Shown here piece by piece: positions 54,301-61,750 of a stretch of DNA of 64,000 bases. The DNA is from Chiloscyllium plagiosum (lineage: Eukaryota). The stretch lies in contig NC_057720.1 of assembly GCF_004010195.1 (NCBI RefSeq), positions 208,348 to 272,347 on the forward strand. Direction: 5' to 3'. Each line of letters starts with the position of its first letter. The stretch's first letter is position 1. A model generated the notes under the pieces. That model ran no database searches, was not told where the DNA came from, and saw only the letters and a program-made list of their open reading frames with translations. A program made the position numbers and the translations under genes.

Positions 54301-55184
54301 TACCCATTGATTCCAGTTTTGCCAGGGCTCCTTGATGCCACACTCGGTGAAATGCAGCCTTGATGTTAAGGGCTTTCCCTCTCCCCTCCCCTCTGGAATT
54401 CAGCTCATTTGTCCATGTTTGACCCAAGGCTGTAATGAGGTCAGGAGCTGAGTGATCCTGGTGAAACCCACACTGGGTGTCACTGAGCAGGTTATTGCTG
54501 AGCAGGTGCTGCCTGACAGCACTGCAGATGACCCCTTCCATCACTTTACTGATGATTGAGAGTTGACTGATGGGGTGGTAATTGGCCAGGTTGGAGTTGT
54601 CCAGCTTTTTATGTACAGGACATACCTTGGCAATTTTCCATATTGTCGGGTAGATGCCAGTGTTGTAACAATATCCAGTACCTCCAATCAAATTGGAGTG
54701 AATCACATTGGCTGAAGGCTGGTATCTGTGATGATGGGACCTACTGGAGGAGGCAGAGATGGAACACCCACTTGGCACTTTTGACTGAAGAATGCTGTGA
54801 AAGCTTCAGCCTTATCTTTTGCACTGATGTGCTGGGCTCCTCCATCATTGAGGATGGGGATATTTGTGGAGCCGCCTCCTCCAGTGAGTTGTTTAATCAT
54901 CCATCACCATTCATGACTGGATATGGTAAGACTGGACAGCTTAGATCCACACATCTCTGTCTGTCACTGACTGCTTACGCTGGTTGACACATGAGTGGTT
55001 TGGTTTGGTGTCTTCACCAGGTTGGCACCTCATCTTCAGGTATACCTGGTGCTGCTCCTGGCATTCTCTATTAAACCGGGAGTTTAACTTTGTATTTTCT
55101 GAATAACTCTGGTCTCGGTGATTAACTTACCATGGCACCGACGTCCCCAGTCTCACCCTTTTCACCTGGTGGTCCTGGTAGACC
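264..55184 (-). CDS. COL11A1: Clade-B fibrillar collagen alpha chain, COL11A1-like; partial multi-exon gene (19 exons in window, both ends outside)
   Basis: The spliced exons give a continuous Gly-X-Y helix ([18 protein letters not shown]...[18 protein letters not shown]) followed by a COLFI C-propeptide ([11 protein letters not shown]...KKTRR...[26 protein letters not shown]...[23 protein letters not shown]). This is colinear, with no missing exon, with human pro-alpha1(XI) as I recall it. All introns are GT-AG. Exact orthology among COL11A1/COL5A1/COL5A3/COL11A2 is not proven. Confidence 0.85.
443..1825 (-). mobile_element. 5'-truncated CR1-clade LINE (HER1-like), degenerate ORF2
   Basis: RT C-terminal peptides (ORF 846..1187: [18 protein letters not shown]...LERVQR); 3' tail of ttctatg repeats at 443-462. 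Confidence 0.9.
2070..2672 (+). mobile_element. CR1-clade LINE 3' end, same family as 443-1825 but opposite orientation
   Basis: Encodes [32 protein letters not shown] sequence; tail gttctatgttctatgt. Confidence 0.9.
3238..3350 (-). CDS. COL11A1: Collagen C-propeptide exon, 113 bp ([38 protein letters not shown])
   Basis: Acceptor ccatcag, donor gtgagt, phase 1/0; contains the COLFI motif [11 protein letters not shown]. Confidence 0.96.
4120..4236 (-). mobile_element. Short Penelope-type terminal-repeat element (family C) with degenerate hammerhead core
   Basis: The minus strand reads cacTTGATGAAGGAGCAATGCTCTGAAAGCTTggg; same family as 19875-20060 and 29235-29425. Confidence 0.6.
4255..4443 (+). 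mobile_element. CR1 3' end fragment
   Basis: gggccgaagggcctgtactgcgctgta followed by ttctatg repeats. Confidence 0.85.
5384..5633 (-). CDS. COL11A1: Collagen helix end / C-telopeptide / C-propeptide start exon, 250 bp
   Basis: [83 protein letters not shown]; acceptor attcaag, donor gtgagt, phase 0/1. Confidence 0.96.
6190..7575 (+). mobile_element. Second CR1-group LINE family ('family B'), 5' part of ORF2 (endonuclease/linker), degenerate
   Basis: APE-like [16 protein letters not shown]...DH segment at about 6755-6850; homologous to 53855-55070; continues at 10105. Confidence 0.7.
6440..6563 (-). mobile_element. Short Penelope-derived element (family A)
   Basis: gtgaggacggcagatgctgg...gcataagcccttcctcaggaat; homologous to the copies at 18333, 33786, 60672 and 63510. 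Confidence 0.75.
7585..8451 (-). mobile_element. CR1 LINE 3' portion (continues at about 9980-10105)
   Basis: ORFs 8148..8399 ([16 protein letters not shown]) and 7640..7912. Confidence 0.9.
8452..9979 (+). mobile_element. Young CR1 LINE spanning an assembly gap
   Basis: ORF 8637 ([10 protein letters not shown]...[16 protein letters not shown]); the 3' end at 9844-9977 is nearly identical to 13608-13741. Confidence 0.85.
8966..9843. other. Assembly gap (878 N)
   Basis: Run of n. Confidence 1.
10105..11267 (+). mobile_element. Family B LINE, RT domain and 3' end
   Basis: ORF 10056..10706: [11 protein letters not shown]...[19 protein letters not shown]...MFASD (degenerate FADD); A-rich 3' end. 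Confidence 0.85.
12105..12158 (-). CDS. COL11A1: Triple-helix exon, 54 bp ([18 protein letters not shown])
   Basis: ttttcag / gtaagt, Gly-X-Y x6. Confidence 0.95.
12200..12445. repeat. Degenerate (CT)n/(CA)n microsatellite
   Basis: Direct observation. Confidence 0.85.
13232..13745 (+). mobile_element. Young 5'-truncated CR1 LINE with intact ORF2 C-terminus
   Basis: ORF 13245..13679 is uninterrupted ([28 protein letters not shown]...RFFTQRVV); tail gttctatgttcta. Confidence 0.92.
14027..14062 (-). CDS. COL11A1: Triple-helix exon, 36 bp ([12 protein letters not shown])
   Basis: tcgtag / gtaagt; the 36-bp exon characteristic of clade-B collagens. Confidence 0.93.
14697..14945. mobile_element. 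Head-to-head inverted pair of a Penelope-type short element (family E) with degenerate hammerhead cores at the centre
   Basis: gctggaaaagctcagcaggtctggcagcatctgtg is mirrored by cacagatgctgccagacctgctgagcttttccagc. The minus strand at about 14791-14828 reads agttCTGAGGCAGGGTCACTGGACTCGAAACATTaatt. Confidence 0.7.
15086..15139 (-). CDS. COL11A1: Triple-helix exon, 54 bp ([18 protein letters not shown])
   Basis: ccacag / gtaagt. Confidence 0.95.
15308..15461. repeat. 33-bp minisatellite, about 5 copies (gtcagaggatcagtactgagggagtgccgcact)
   Basis: Direct repeats; they produce the periodic peptide in ORF 15246..15530. Confidence 0.9.
15771..15878 (-). CDS. COL11A1: Triple-helix exon, 108 bp ([36 protein letters not shown])
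   Basis: tttgcag / gtaagt; contains the clade-B signature [10 protein letters not shown]. Confidence 0.96.
15956..17837 (+). mobile_element. Tandem array of 5'-truncated Tx1-clade (L1 group) non-LTR retrotransposon copies
   Basis: GC-rich ORF 16664-17196 ([10 protein letters not shown]...[10 protein letters not shown]...[12 protein letters not shown]) resembles Tx1 ORF2 downstream of RT. The ORF2 C-terminus [26 protein letters not shown] is at 17386-17466. The repeated 3' UTR has AATAAA and A-rich tails. Units are bounded by AAAACTGATCCAGT. Confidence 0.8.
17197..17288. other. Assembly gap (92 N)
   Basis: Run of n. Confidence 1.
17910..17963 (-). CDS. COL11A1: Triple-helix exon, 54 bp ([18 protein letters not shown])
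   Basis: ctgtag / gtgagt. Confidence 0.95.
18333..18707. mobile_element. Penelope-like element remnant: inverted family-A termini around a PLE RT-thumb fragment
   Basis: The minus strand at about 18460-18609 translates [42 protein letters not shown] (Neptune-type PLE). Hammerhead cores at 18428-18455 (-) and 18619-18646 (+). TSD ctcagRaaagtagg at 18319-18332 and 18708-18721. Confidence 0.85.
19015..19068 (-). CDS. COL11A1: Triple-helix exon, 54 bp ([18 protein letters not shown])
   Basis: tttacag / gtaagt. Confidence 0.95.
19169..19276 (-). CDS. COL11A1: Triple-helix exon, 108 bp ([36 protein letters not shown])
   Basis: cctcag / gtaagt. Confidence 0.96.
19875..20060. mobile_element. Head-to-head inverted pair, family C short element
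   Basis: gggcaaaatcagaagtc is mirrored by gacttctgattttgccc; CTGATGAAGGAGCAGCG starts at 19979. Confidence 0.7.
21135..21452 (-). mobile_element. tRNA-derived V-SINE (HE1-like), near full length
   Basis: Minus strand: GGCACAGTGGTTAGC (A box), GGTTCAATTCC (B box), V-domain gtgtggagtttgcacattctccccgtgtctgcgtgggtttcctccgg, and a CR1-like tail ending in aatct repeats. Confidence 0.9.
21735..22170. repeat. 42-bp minisatellite, about 10 copies (gataaccagatcaatcccattaactattgaccatcaccatga)
   Basis: Direct repeats; 14-aa periodicity in ORF 21705..22079. Confidence 0.9.
22175..22960 (+). mobile_element. Family B LINE fragments, internally deleted
   Basis: [23 protein letters not shown]...[15 protein letters not shown]. 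Confidence 0.75.
22524..22726. mobile_element. Head-to-head inverted pair, family A, inserted in a family B LINE
   Basis: TSD aagtaacaagtRaca at 22509-22523 and 22727-22741. Confidence 0.8.
24520..24573 (-). CDS. COL11A1: Triple-helix exon, 54 bp ([18 protein letters not shown])
   Basis: ctacag / gtacag. Confidence 0.95.
25080..25560 (-). mobile_element. L2-clade LINE 3' end with internal tandem amplification
   Basis: L2-type terminus (minus strand aggtgctatataaatgc). The cctccctatctctgtaacccctccagcc repeats correspond to the PPYL..LLQ.Y region of L2 ORF2. Confidence 0.6.
28862..28990 (-). mobile_element. Family E Penelope-type short element
   Basis: Minus strand gttCTGAGGAAGGGTCACTGGATCTGAAATGTTaac. 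Confidence 0.65.
29235..29425. mobile_element. Head-to-head inverted pair, family C short element
   Basis: aagtcacaagacaccaggttata is mirrored by tataacctggtgttgtgtggctt; degenerate core cagatgaagcagcaccgctctgaaagtt. Confidence 0.65.
29866..32807 (-). mobile_element. CR1 LINE with end of ORF1 and nearly complete but disrupted ORF2 (APE + RT) and 3' tail
   Basis: ORF pieces: [13 protein letters not shown]...DVVAIS, GVFYRPP, LDLVLGN...[29 protein letters not shown]; several frameshifts. Confidence 0.93.
32847..33062. repeat. 26-bp minisatellite, about 8 copies (ttcagtccatcacctccttcagtccc)
   Basis: Direct repeats. Confidence 0.92.
33166..33238. repeat. 21-bp tandem repeat, about 3.5 copies (tcttcagcacgatcaagtcca)
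   Basis: Direct repeats. Confidence 0.9.
33786..33967. mobile_element. Family A Penelope-derived element with partial inverted copy and intact hammerhead core
   Basis: Perfect 15-bp TSD agggatcatggaaca (33771-33785 and 33968-33982). Confidence 0.85.
33881..33916 (-). ncRNA. Candidate minimal type-I hammerhead ribozyme
   Basis: attc-CTGATGA-A-GGGC-TTTT-GCCC-GAAAC-GTC-gatt. Conserved core boxes, 4-bp stem II, palindromic loopless stem III (ACGU), weak stem I. Confidence 0.6.
35022..36080 (-). mobile_element. 5'-truncated CR1 LINE
   Basis: ORF 35568..36101: [21 protein letters not shown]...KFADDTK; ttctatg tail at 35022. Confidence 0.92.
36130..36902 (+). mobile_element. Internally deleted CR1 (APE end joined to 3' end)
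   Basis: [31 protein letters not shown], then at about 36710 a jump to the 3' end with a ctctatgactctatga tail. Confidence 0.75.
37675..37830. repeat. G-rich tandem repeat (ggggctggagggggtgacagagatagggaggggtgta), also at 25385-25510 and 27175-27248
   Basis: Direct repeats. Confidence 0.8.
37966..38019 (-). CDS. COL11A1: Triple-helix exon, 54 bp ([18 protein letters not shown])
   Basis: tttcag / gtaaga. Confidence 0.95.
38600..39672 (-). mobile_element. CR1 LINE 3' portion, interrupted by a PLE fragment at about 38946-39220
   Basis: ORFs 39205..39654 and 38521..38970. Confidence 0.85.
38946..39220 (+). mobile_element. Penelope/Poseidon-type PLE 3' end (family D)
   Basis: Homologous to 52250-52452; degenerate hammerhead ccaCTGAAGAtgttttctagtatggtgacAAAAAGTCtgg. 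Confidence 0.65.
39680..40108 (+). mobile_element. Neptune-type PLE 3' end (GIY-YIG C-terminal remnant, 3' UTR and family A terminus)
   Basis: [28 protein letters not shown]; hammerhead core CTGATGAAGGGCTTATGCCCGAAACATC at 40054-40081. Confidence 0.8.
40725..41935. mobile_element. Two CR1 fragments (minus 40725-41115, plus 41120-41935)
   Basis: [39 protein letters not shown]. Confidence 0.8.
41936..42158. mobile_element. Head-to-head inverted pair, family A, with two abutting hammerhead cores
   Basis: gacgtttcaggcatgagcccttcctca | ttcCTGAAGAAGGGCTTATGCCCGAAACATC. Confidence 0.8.
42282..42335 (-). CDS. COL11A1: Triple-helix exon, 54 bp ([18 protein letters not shown])
   Basis: ttgcag / gtgagt. 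Confidence 0.95.
42680..42733 (-). CDS. COL11A1: Triple-helix exon, 54 bp ([18 protein letters not shown])
   Basis: ctttag / gtaagt. Confidence 0.95.
43474..43581 (-). CDS. COL11A1: Triple-helix exon, 108 bp ([36 protein letters not shown])
   Basis: tttcag / gtaagt. Confidence 0.96.
43612..43791. repeat. 45-bp minisatellite, 4 copies (ccattggacaccactacaggcacagcaagaggccattcagcccct)
   Basis: Direct repeats. Confidence 0.88.
44075..44395 (-). mobile_element. Family B LINE 3' end
   Basis: Reverse-complement similarity to 11000-11260. Confidence 0.8.
44450..51430. mobile_element. Dense cluster of CR1 fragments of several ages (plus: about 44450-46275, 46290-46945, 47510-48052, 50130-51430; minus: about 48810-50120)
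   Basis: Repeated CR1 ORF2 peptides ([40 protein letters not shown]) and CR1 tails. Confidence 0.8.
52025..52452 (+). mobile_element. Penelope/Poseidon-type PLE 3' end with GIY-YIG remnant (family D)
   Basis: [28 protein letters not shown]...HHFD*DNTSILG...EFLEAWHS...SINKHI; degenerate hammerhead tcaCTGATGA...ggtgacCAAACGTCtga at 52371-52410. Confidence 0.8.
52505..52558 (-). CDS. COL11A1: Triple-helix exon, 54 bp ([18 protein letters not shown])
   Basis: tttgcag / gtgagt. Confidence 0.95.
53381..53434 (-). CDS. COL11A1: Triple-helix exon, 54 bp ([18 protein letters not shown])
   Basis: ttttcag / gtgaga. Confidence 0.95.
53518..53571 (-). CDS. COL11A1: Triple-helix exon, 54 bp ([18 protein letters not shown])
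   Basis: cttacag / gtaagt; an 83-bp intron separates it from the next exon. Confidence 0.95.
53855..55070 (-). mobile_element. Family B LINE, ORF2 central part
   Basis: ORF 54275..54778: [12 protein letters not shown]...[17 protein letters not shown]...[17 protein letters not shown]. Confidence 0.85.
55131..55184 (-). CDS. COL11A1: Triple-helix exon, 54 bp ([18 protein letters not shown])
   Basis: atgcag / gtaagt; the most 5' exon I could find in the window. Confidence 0.94.
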
Positions 55185-55414
55185 CTGCATTCATTTCAAA
55201 ACAGAAGAAACAGATTGTGAATTGTTATGTCAATTATTTTGAAAATGTCTCAGACTCAGACAGAAATGTAATCTTCAAACACAATTGGCTAGACTTTCTT
55301 GAGTGTGGCAATCTCACAGTATTTAGCAGGGTCCACGTACACACCTCCCATTGACACTAGAATAAAGACTTTCTGATCATCCAAAGTCCCGGCTATTGAT
55401 TTCAGATGAAAGCA

Positions 55415-57100
55415 GAACAAAGAACATGTCAGCACGTTACAGGCCCTTCAGCCCTCAATATTGCACCTGCCTGTGAAACCATCCAACCTACACTATTCCA
55501 TTTTCATCCATATGTTTATCCAATGACCATTTAAATGCCCTGAAATGCCTTTAGTGAATCTACTACCGTTGCAGGCAGGGCATTCCATTCTCTTACTACT
55601 CTGAGTAAAGGAGGTACCTCTGACATCTGTCCTATATCTATCACCCCTCAGTTTAAAGCTATGTCCCCTTGTGCTAGTCATCACCATCTGAGGGAAAAGG
55701 CTCTCCCTGTCCACCCTATCCAACCCTCTGATTATCTTGTATGGCTCTATTAAGTCACCTCCCAACCTTCTTCTCTCTAACGTAAACAGCCTCAGGTCCC
55801 TCAGCCTTTCCTCAGAAGACCTTCCCTCCATACCAGGCAACATCCTGGTAAATCTCCTCTGAACCCTTTCCAAAGCTTCCACATCCTTCCCGTAATATGG
55901 TGACCAGAACTGTACACAATACACCAAGTGCGGCCGCACCAGAGTTTTGTACAGCTGCAGCATAACCTCATGGCTCTGAAACTTAATCACTCTCCCAATA
56001 AAAGCTAACACACCATATGTTTCTTAACAACTTTCAGGGATCTATGCACATGGACACCAAGATCTCTCTGCTCATCTACACCACCAAGAAACGTACCACT
56101 AACCCAGTACTCTGTATTCCTGTTGCTCCTTCCAAAGTGAATTACCTCACACTTTTCCACATTAAACTCCATTTCCCACCTCTCAGCCCAGCTCTGTAGC
56201 TTATCTATGTCCCTCTGTAACCTGCAACATCCTTCCGCACTGCCCACAACTGTACTGACCTTCGTGTCATCTGCAAATTTACTAAATCATCCTTCTGTGC
56301 CCTTATCCATTGATAAAAATGACAAACAGCAGTTGCTCCAAAACAGATCCTTGTGGTACACCACTAATAACTGAACTCCAGGATGAATATTTCCCATCAA
56401 CTACCACCCTCTGTCTTCTTTCAACTGCCAAACCGTCCTCAATCCCATGCCTGTGTATTTTGTGCAATAGTCTACTGTGGGGAACCTTATCAAGCACCTT
56501 ACTGAAATCCATATACACCACATCAACCGCTTTACCCTCATCCACCTGTTTGGTCACCTTCTCAAAGAACTCAGTAAGGTTTGTGAGGCACCACCAACCT
56601 TCACAAAACCGTGTTGACTATCCCTAATTAACTTACTCCTCTCTAGATGTTTACAAGTCCCACATCTTATATCTTTTCCAACACTTTAGCCACACGGAAG
56701 TAAGGCTCACTGGACTATAATTATCAGGGTTGTCTCTACTCCCCTTCTTGAACAAGGAGATAACATTTGCTATCCTCCAGTCTTCTGGCACTATTCCTGT
56801 AGACAATGATGTCATAAAGACCAAAACCAAAGGCTCTGCAATCTCCTCCCTGGCTTCCCAGAGTATCCGAGGATAAATCCCATCTGGCCCAGGGGACGTA
56901 TCTATTTTCACATTTTCCAGAATTGCTAACACCTCCTCCTTGTGACCCTCAATCCTGTCTAGTCTAGCAGTCTGTATCTCAATATTCTCCCTGACAAAAA
57001 TGTCTTTCCAGTGTGAATACTGATGAAAAATATTCATTTATCGCTTCTCCTATCTCCTCGGATTCCACACACAACTTCTCAATGCTATCTTTGACTGGCT
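55415..57100 (-). mobile_element. 5'-truncated CR1 LINE
   Basis: ORFs 56651..57037, 56303..56557, 56005..56247 and 55493..56011. Confidence 0.92.
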
Positions 57101-57187
57101 GTAAGAGTGTGGTGCTGGAAAAGCACAGCAGGTCAGGTAGCATCTGAGGAGCAGGAAAATCAACGTTTCGGGCAAAAGCCCTTCATT
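57101..57187 (-). mobile_element. Family A fragment
   Basis: gtggtgctggaaaagcacagcaggtcagg...aacgtttcgggcaaaagcccttcat. Confidence 0.75.
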
Positions 57188-57289
57188 AACCATTCGAGGG
57201 CCGAAGGGCCTGTATTGCACTGCAATGTTCTATGTTCTAAAGGAAATACTTATTTGGTGAAGATATGTGATTGTTAATGAAGATTAGTG

Positions 57290-59215
57290 GGAAGCCAGAG
57301 GATTGGAAAGTCTTTAAAAACCAGTAGAGGACATTTAAAAAAGTAATAAAGAGGGAAAAAGATGAAATATGAGAATAAATTAGCTAGCAATATAAAAGAA
57401 GATTGTAAGTGTTTTTCCTTAGATATCGAAAAGCTAAGACAAATACAAGAGTTAACATTGGACCACTAGGTAATGAGGCTGGAGAAGTAGTAATGGGGAA
57501 TAAAGAAATGGTGGAGGAACTGGATAGGTACTTGGTAGCAGTTTTCACAGGAAGATACCAGCAGCATAGCAGATCTTCAAGAGAGTGAGGGGCAGAGGTG
57601 AGTGTAGTGGTCATCATTAAGGAGAAGGTTCTGGGGAATCTGAAAGGTCTGAAGGTGGATAAATCATCTGGACCAAATGGACTACACCCCAGAGTTCTGA
57701 AGGAGATAGTTGAAGAGATTGTAGAGGAATGTGTGATGATCTTTCAGGAATCTCTGAAGCCAGGGAGGACTGGAAAATGGCAAAGATTATACCCCTTTTT
57801 TTTGAAGGGAGGTAGGCAGAAGACAGGAAACTATAGGGCAGTTATACTGAAACTATAGGGCAGTTATACTGACTTTGGTCTTTAATAAGATTTTAGAGTC
57901 CATTAGTAAGGATGAGATTATGGAGTATTTGAAGTGCATGGTGAAATAGGGCTGAGTCAGCATGGTTTCATTAAGGGGAGGTCATGCCTGACAAATCTGT
58001 TAGAATTCTTTGAGGAGGTAATGAGCAAGTTAGACAAAGGAGAGCCAGTGGATGTGATCTATTTGGACTTCAAAAAGGTGTTTGACAAGGCGCTGCACAG
58101 GAAGCTGCTAAATAAGATAAGAGCCCATGGTGTTTAGGGGCAAGGCACTGGCATGGATAGGGATTGGCTGACTGACAGAAGGCAGAGAGTGGGGATAAAG
58201 GGTTTTTTCAGGATGATAGCCAGTGACTGGTGAAGTTCTTCAGGGGTCTGTTATGGGACCATAACTGTTCACATTAATGACCTGGACGGAGGAACTGAGG
58301 ATGTTGTTGGTGCATTTGCAGATGACACAGATAGGTGGAGGGATGGGTAGTGTTGAGGAAGTGGGGAGGCTGTAGAAGGACTTGAACAGGCTAGGACAGT
58401 TAACAAAGAAGTGGCAGATTGAATACAATGTGGGGAAATGTGAGGTTGTACGTTTTGGCAGGAAGAATAGAAGCAGAGACTATTTTCTAAATGGGGAAAG
58501 GTTTTGGAAATCTGAAGCACAGAGTTACTTGCAAGTCCTGATTCAGGATTCCCTTAACGTTAACATGCAGGTTCAGTTGGCTGTTAGGAAGGTAAATGCA
58601 ATGTTCGCATTAATTTCAAGAGGTCTAGAATACAAAAAACAGGGATGTATTACTGAAACTGTATAAGACTCTGGTCAGACTGCATTTGGAATATTGTGAG
58701 CAGTTTTAGACCCTATATCCGAGGAAGGATGTGCTGGCATTGGAGAGGCTTCAGAGGGGGTTTACAGGAATGATCCCGCGGATGAAGGGCTTGTCGTATG
58801 AGTGGTGGTTGAGGACTCTGGGTCTGTACTCGATGGAGTTTAGAAGGATGAGGGGGTGGGGAATCTGATTGAAACTTAGAGAATACTGAGAGACCTGGAT
58901 CAAGTGGACATGGGGAAGATGTTTCCACCAGGAGGAGAGACTAGGACCCAAGAGCACAGCCTCAGGGTGAAGGGATGACCCTAAAGAGCTGAGATGAGGA
59001 GGATATTTTTCAGCCAGAGATTAGTGACTCTATGGAACACATTGCCACAGAGGGCTGTGGAAGCCACATCACTGAATGTATTTAAAACAGAGATGGATAG
59101 ATATGTGATTAGTAAGAGGATCAAAATTACAGGGAGATGGCTGGAGAAGAGGATTGAGAAGCACATTAACCATGATCAAATGATAGGGCAGAGTCAATGG
59201 GCTGAGTGGCTTAAT
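57290..59215 (+). mobile_element. Older CR1 LINE, degenerate ORF2
   Basis: LKVDKSSGPNGLHPRVLKE; QHGFIKGRSCLTNLLEFFE...YLDFKKVFDK. Confidence 0.88.
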
Positions 59216-60671
59216 ATCTGAACCTATGGCCTTAAGGAGAACAATCTCAGCTTCTCCTGTCTCTTCACATTGACTGAGGTCCCTCATCCCTGCTCCCATT
59301 CCCTAGTCAATCCCCTCTAAGAACTGAAGACATAAGAACAGGAGGAGGCCATTCAGCCCTCTGCGTCTGCTCTGCCATTTAATATTGTCATGGTTGATCT
59401 TCTGCTGCAATGCCATTTCTCTGCACCCTGGACATTTGAGGTTTTGGTATAACTGAAGTTGGACGGTGCAGCAAATCCTTTTCCTGCTCCTCTCCTCCAC
59501 TGATTACATTAATGTTTATATTTCCCCAGAGTGTTACAATGACAAAACAACGGTTTTTGACTGTATCAGGTTTAAATTAGAAACAATTCAGCCAGCTTTT
59601 TAGTCAATAAAATAAAATTGGGCTCATTACAAATAAAACTTAATCCAACAAACACAAAGTTTATTGACAAAAAAATTAGATTTTGCAGGGCAAAGTTATA
59701 TACTAACATCCAAATTTAACATAAGGCAATTTGGATAATGGACAAATAATAGTTGAACTACCCATGTAAACTTTAGTTAGCAAATATGATCAAAACAGAT
59801 CCCATGGATGTCTGGGTAGTCCTCCCTGGTGTTAGTGATTCTGTCAACTACCACTTCCTATTAAACTTCATAAGGGATTCCAATTGATCAATGTTGTTAA
59901 CCCAGTCTCAAAACCCCTCAGGACCACTCTGTCTTGGACCACCTCAATGTTCTGGTGGAGTACTCACGGAAAGATTCCAACTTTTCATGAACAGCTTACT
60001 TCATCAAAGCCAGTACTCATCTGGATTGGTTCCTTCAGCTTTCATTTGCTTTAGTTGCGCAATGTAACCTATCACAGCTCCCAAGACTTGCTGCTTACAA
60101 CCTCCCGGAACCTCTTCCTGAGTTCTAACAGTAAGGGATTATCCAACTGTGTCCACAGCTACACAGTACAGCTGAATGAGTCACTCTACAGGGAGCTTGC
60201 TTCTCTATCTAGGGACTAAACTGCATGATTTTTGGCTGATTTGGATATGAATGTTTTGGAGGTTTTTTGGTTATTTGTCTCACTGTATGTTACTAGCCTC
60301 ACATCAGTATCTGCAAGACTGTAATAGCGTCTCAACATCCTGCTAGGCGAGAACATCAAAAATATTGAAAGAAGACGTAATGAACTTCCTGAAATATTGA
60401 GGATTCAACCCAAAAGAGGAATTGAAATCTGGGCCAGGTCAGTCATGATCCTATAGAATGGTGGGGGCGAATGGACAACTCCTGCTCCTAGTTCTTATGT
60501 TCCACAAACAACTCACCACTCAGCAGGTAGCTATGGAAAACGTGGCCTCCCTTACCCCATGCTAGCTTTAGAAATCTGCCATGCCCCCTGACATTCCAAA
60601 GCTGCCCTGTTCAGTGATGGGTTGTTGGAGAATGGAGATAGTTGGAGATGGCACTGCAATTCCTGGCAAGG

Positions 60672-60802
60672 CAAAAGTGAGGACTGCAGATCCTGGAGAT
60701 CAGAGTCGAGATCGGAGTGGTGCTGGAGAAGCACAGCAGGTCAGGCTGCATCCGAGGAGCAGGAAAATCACGATGAAGGGCAAAAGCCCTTCATCGGGAA
60801 TG
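60672..60802 (-). mobile_element. Family A short element
   Basis: TSD aattcctggcaRgg at 60658-60671 and 60803-60816. Confidence 0.8.
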
Positions 60803-61185
60803 AATTCCTGGCAGGGACCAGGGGATGCTGATCAAGGAGCTGGGGCAGAGAAGAGGGGGAAGTGAACCTACTGAGGGTAATTGGATTGCTCAGATGACAA
60901 TGCACTGGACAGTATTTGGCCATTTTCTTTTATAAATAGCACTGTTTTGTCCAGTCCTGTACATCACAGTGACACCAGCTCACAGCTACTGGCCATTCAT
61001 GGTGGATCAATGGCTGTGCTGAGAACTTGCTGCAGCCTCAGGAGCAAGACGTATCGAGGACCCTGAAACCACTGCCCCTTGTCCAACAATAACCTAATGG
61101 TGTCACTGCCTCAGTTTCCCAAAACTGTCGGTGAGAATGAGTCACTCAGCCATGTCTGGGGAAGGGAGGCTTTGCATTCAGCTTG

Positions 61186-61356
61186 GAGTGGTGCTGGAAG
61201 TGCAGGTCAGGCAGCATCCGAGGAGCAGGAAAATTGACGTTTTGGGCAGGAGGGTTGATGAAGCTCCTCGGATGCTGCCTGACCTGCTGTGCTTTTCCAG
61301 CGCCACTCTAATCTTGACTCTGATCTCCAGCATCTGCAGTACCCACTTTCACCTAA
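61186..61356. mobile_element. Head-to-head inverted pair, family A
   Basis: TSD tgcattcagcttg at 61173-61185 and 61357-61369. Confidence 0.8.
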
Positions 61357-61750
61357 TGCATTCAGCTTGTCAGAAATTAGCTCAGTGTCGTGTACACTGA
61401 ACTGCTCTGTGTTCATGTTGTTTAAAATCAGAGTCTCCTGCAGACCTCTCCCCCCACTCCCCCTGCCTCCTCCATGTCTGAACCTCAGCATTTTCTCCCC
61501 CATTGTACACTTGCCATTTCCAACACGATGGAAGGTGACATTGAACACTCCTCAGTCTCGACACTTTAATCAGGTCAGGAACATCCAGATCCCCCAACCC
61601 TCAGGACCCCACCCATCCACCTACCTACTCAATTCCCCCCTCACCCCGCCCCAGCCCCTGGCACATGGGGTCACCATGCCTTAGAGGCAGCTACTCACTG
61701 GCACCTCCAACTCCTGATCAGTAGAGAAACCCCTCCACATGACCCCCTTT

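Noticed and set aside
59530..60260. Possible solo LTR (similar impressions at about 12520-13210 and 23200-23760)
   Set aside because: I could not identify paired TG...CA ends, a TSD or internal retroviral domains.
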